Assembly (NCBI GenBank): GCA_964106645.2
Contig: OZ067040.1
DNA length: 64,000 bases
Source of the DNA: Podarcis pityusensis
Taxonomy: Eukaryota
Direction: 5' to 3' (one strand)
The position numbers were made by a program, and so were the translations under genes. Under the pieces are notes generated by a model. The model saw nothing but the letters and a program-made list of their open reading frames with translations. It had not been told where the DNA came from and made no database searches. Of the stretch, positions 62,813 to 64,000 are shown one piece after another. Position 1 is the stretch's first letter, and each line of letters opens with the position of its first letter.

Positions 62813-63477
62813 ACATGGATGTATATAGTATTACCTGGGAAAGTTGAGAGATGAGCCAGTTCCAGACCTGAAGCAGCCCTCGGTCTCTGGGAAAGCTGAG
62901 CTTCTCTCTTTTAGCCTGACTCCTCATCTCTCTTTCAAACCTCTCCATCTGCTCCCTTAGCCAGAACCTCAGTTAATGACCTAAATCTCCTTTGCCCCCC
63001 AGGCACCCCCCAAGTAACCAACTGTTGTTACTAAATTAGGTGGGAATATGAAATCATAGCATAGGTGACTAATATGCGCCCTATAATTCTCCACTACCCA
63101 TGATCTAAATATGAAGCAACCGCATCATCTCGACCTTACCAGTGCGTGAGGGGCTGTATTTCACAGCAATGCCCTTTGCTCAAAAGATAACCTACTAGGG
63201 ACAACATCTGTCGTTCGAAACCGGTGAGACTGACATGAGTTCTAAATATTTTTGTGTGATCCCCTGCTCCTCTAACTACTTAAGTCATTTTCTGCTTTTT
63301 AGTGTGTGGAAATTTACAGCCAGCGGCTCTTCCTTTACAATACAAAGACATGTCAAAAACAGCATTTTTTTAAAAAAAGGGGGGGGAAAGAATCACAATG
63401 TTTAGAAAAGAAAAAGCCATGTTCAATTTCAAAACGAGTGATAAGGAAGTTATTCTTAAATAAGTTAGTTATGAAAG

Positions 63478-63708
63478 AGGTAGTGTGGTGTAGTGGTTAG
63501 AATGCTGAATCCTTAGGAATAGGAAGGCATGAGTTCAAAGCCCCACAATCATGAGGTTCCCTATGTGATTTTGGACAAGCCCAACTTACTCTGCCTAACC
63601 TACCTCTCAGGGTTCTTGTTGTGACGATGGAAGGGTGGGTGGGGAGGAAGAACCATATATGCCTCTCTGAACTCCCTAAAGGAAGGTTGGGATAGAAACA
63701 GTAATAAA
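63478..63708 (+). mobile_element. tRNA-derived SINE (older copy)
   Basis: AGTGTGGTGTAGTGGTTAGA...GAGTTCAAAGCCC. Confidence 0.7.
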
Positions 63709-63811
63709 TCATAGAATCATGGAATCGTAGAGTTGAAAGGGGCCCGAGGGTCATCTAGTCCAACCCCCCCTGCAATGCAGCAATCTCAGCTAAAGAATCT
63801 ATGACAGATGG
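63709..63811 (-). mobile_element. CR1 LINE 3' end
   Basis: Reverse complement of the CR1 tail (CCCTTTCAACTCTACGATTCCATGATTCTATG). Confidence 0.75.
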
Positions 63812-64000
63812 ATGCAATACAAACAATTCTGATTGTATTTTTAACACTTAAGTTTCCAGAATCGGGAATGTCAATATTACATGTGGTTGTTGTGGTGTCT
63901 TCTTCTTCTGTTGCTCATCAGCATCTGGTATTCAGTGACCTACTCTCTGAACATGTTGCACAGAGTCATCACAACTAGAATTGTCCCTGAATTTGTCTAG

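Overview
Eukaryotic (squamate, probably lacertid lizard) genomic DNA, judged from its Sauria/Squam-type SINEs, BovB, L2 and Penelope repeats. It holds two convergent AP-1-family bZIP genes. The last coding exon of BATF3 is on + (166-351). The complete ATF3 gene is on -: a CpG-island TATA promoter at about 41.1 kb, a non-coding exon 1, three coding exons (30143-31257, 180 aa) and a probable 4.2 kb 3'UTR ending near 25.93 kb. The rest is intronic or intergenic and dense in transposable elements, including a Chapaev3-type DNA transposon with intact ends (53144-55091), L1, RTE, BovB, L2, CR1 and Penelope fragments, SINEs, MITEs and probable solo LTRs. There is also a truncated U1-snRNA-derived sequence. 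Most short ORFs in the track are spurious. I found no convincing new multi-gene system. The most unusual observations are: a 10-bp stem that would mask the ATF3 intron-3 acceptor, a MITE whose host flank is perfectly inverted-duplicated just upstream of ATF3 exon 2, a U1-derived sequence that keeps its stems, the Chapaev3 copy, and Penelope-type minimal hammerhead motifs. Family assignments come from pattern recognition, not database searches.
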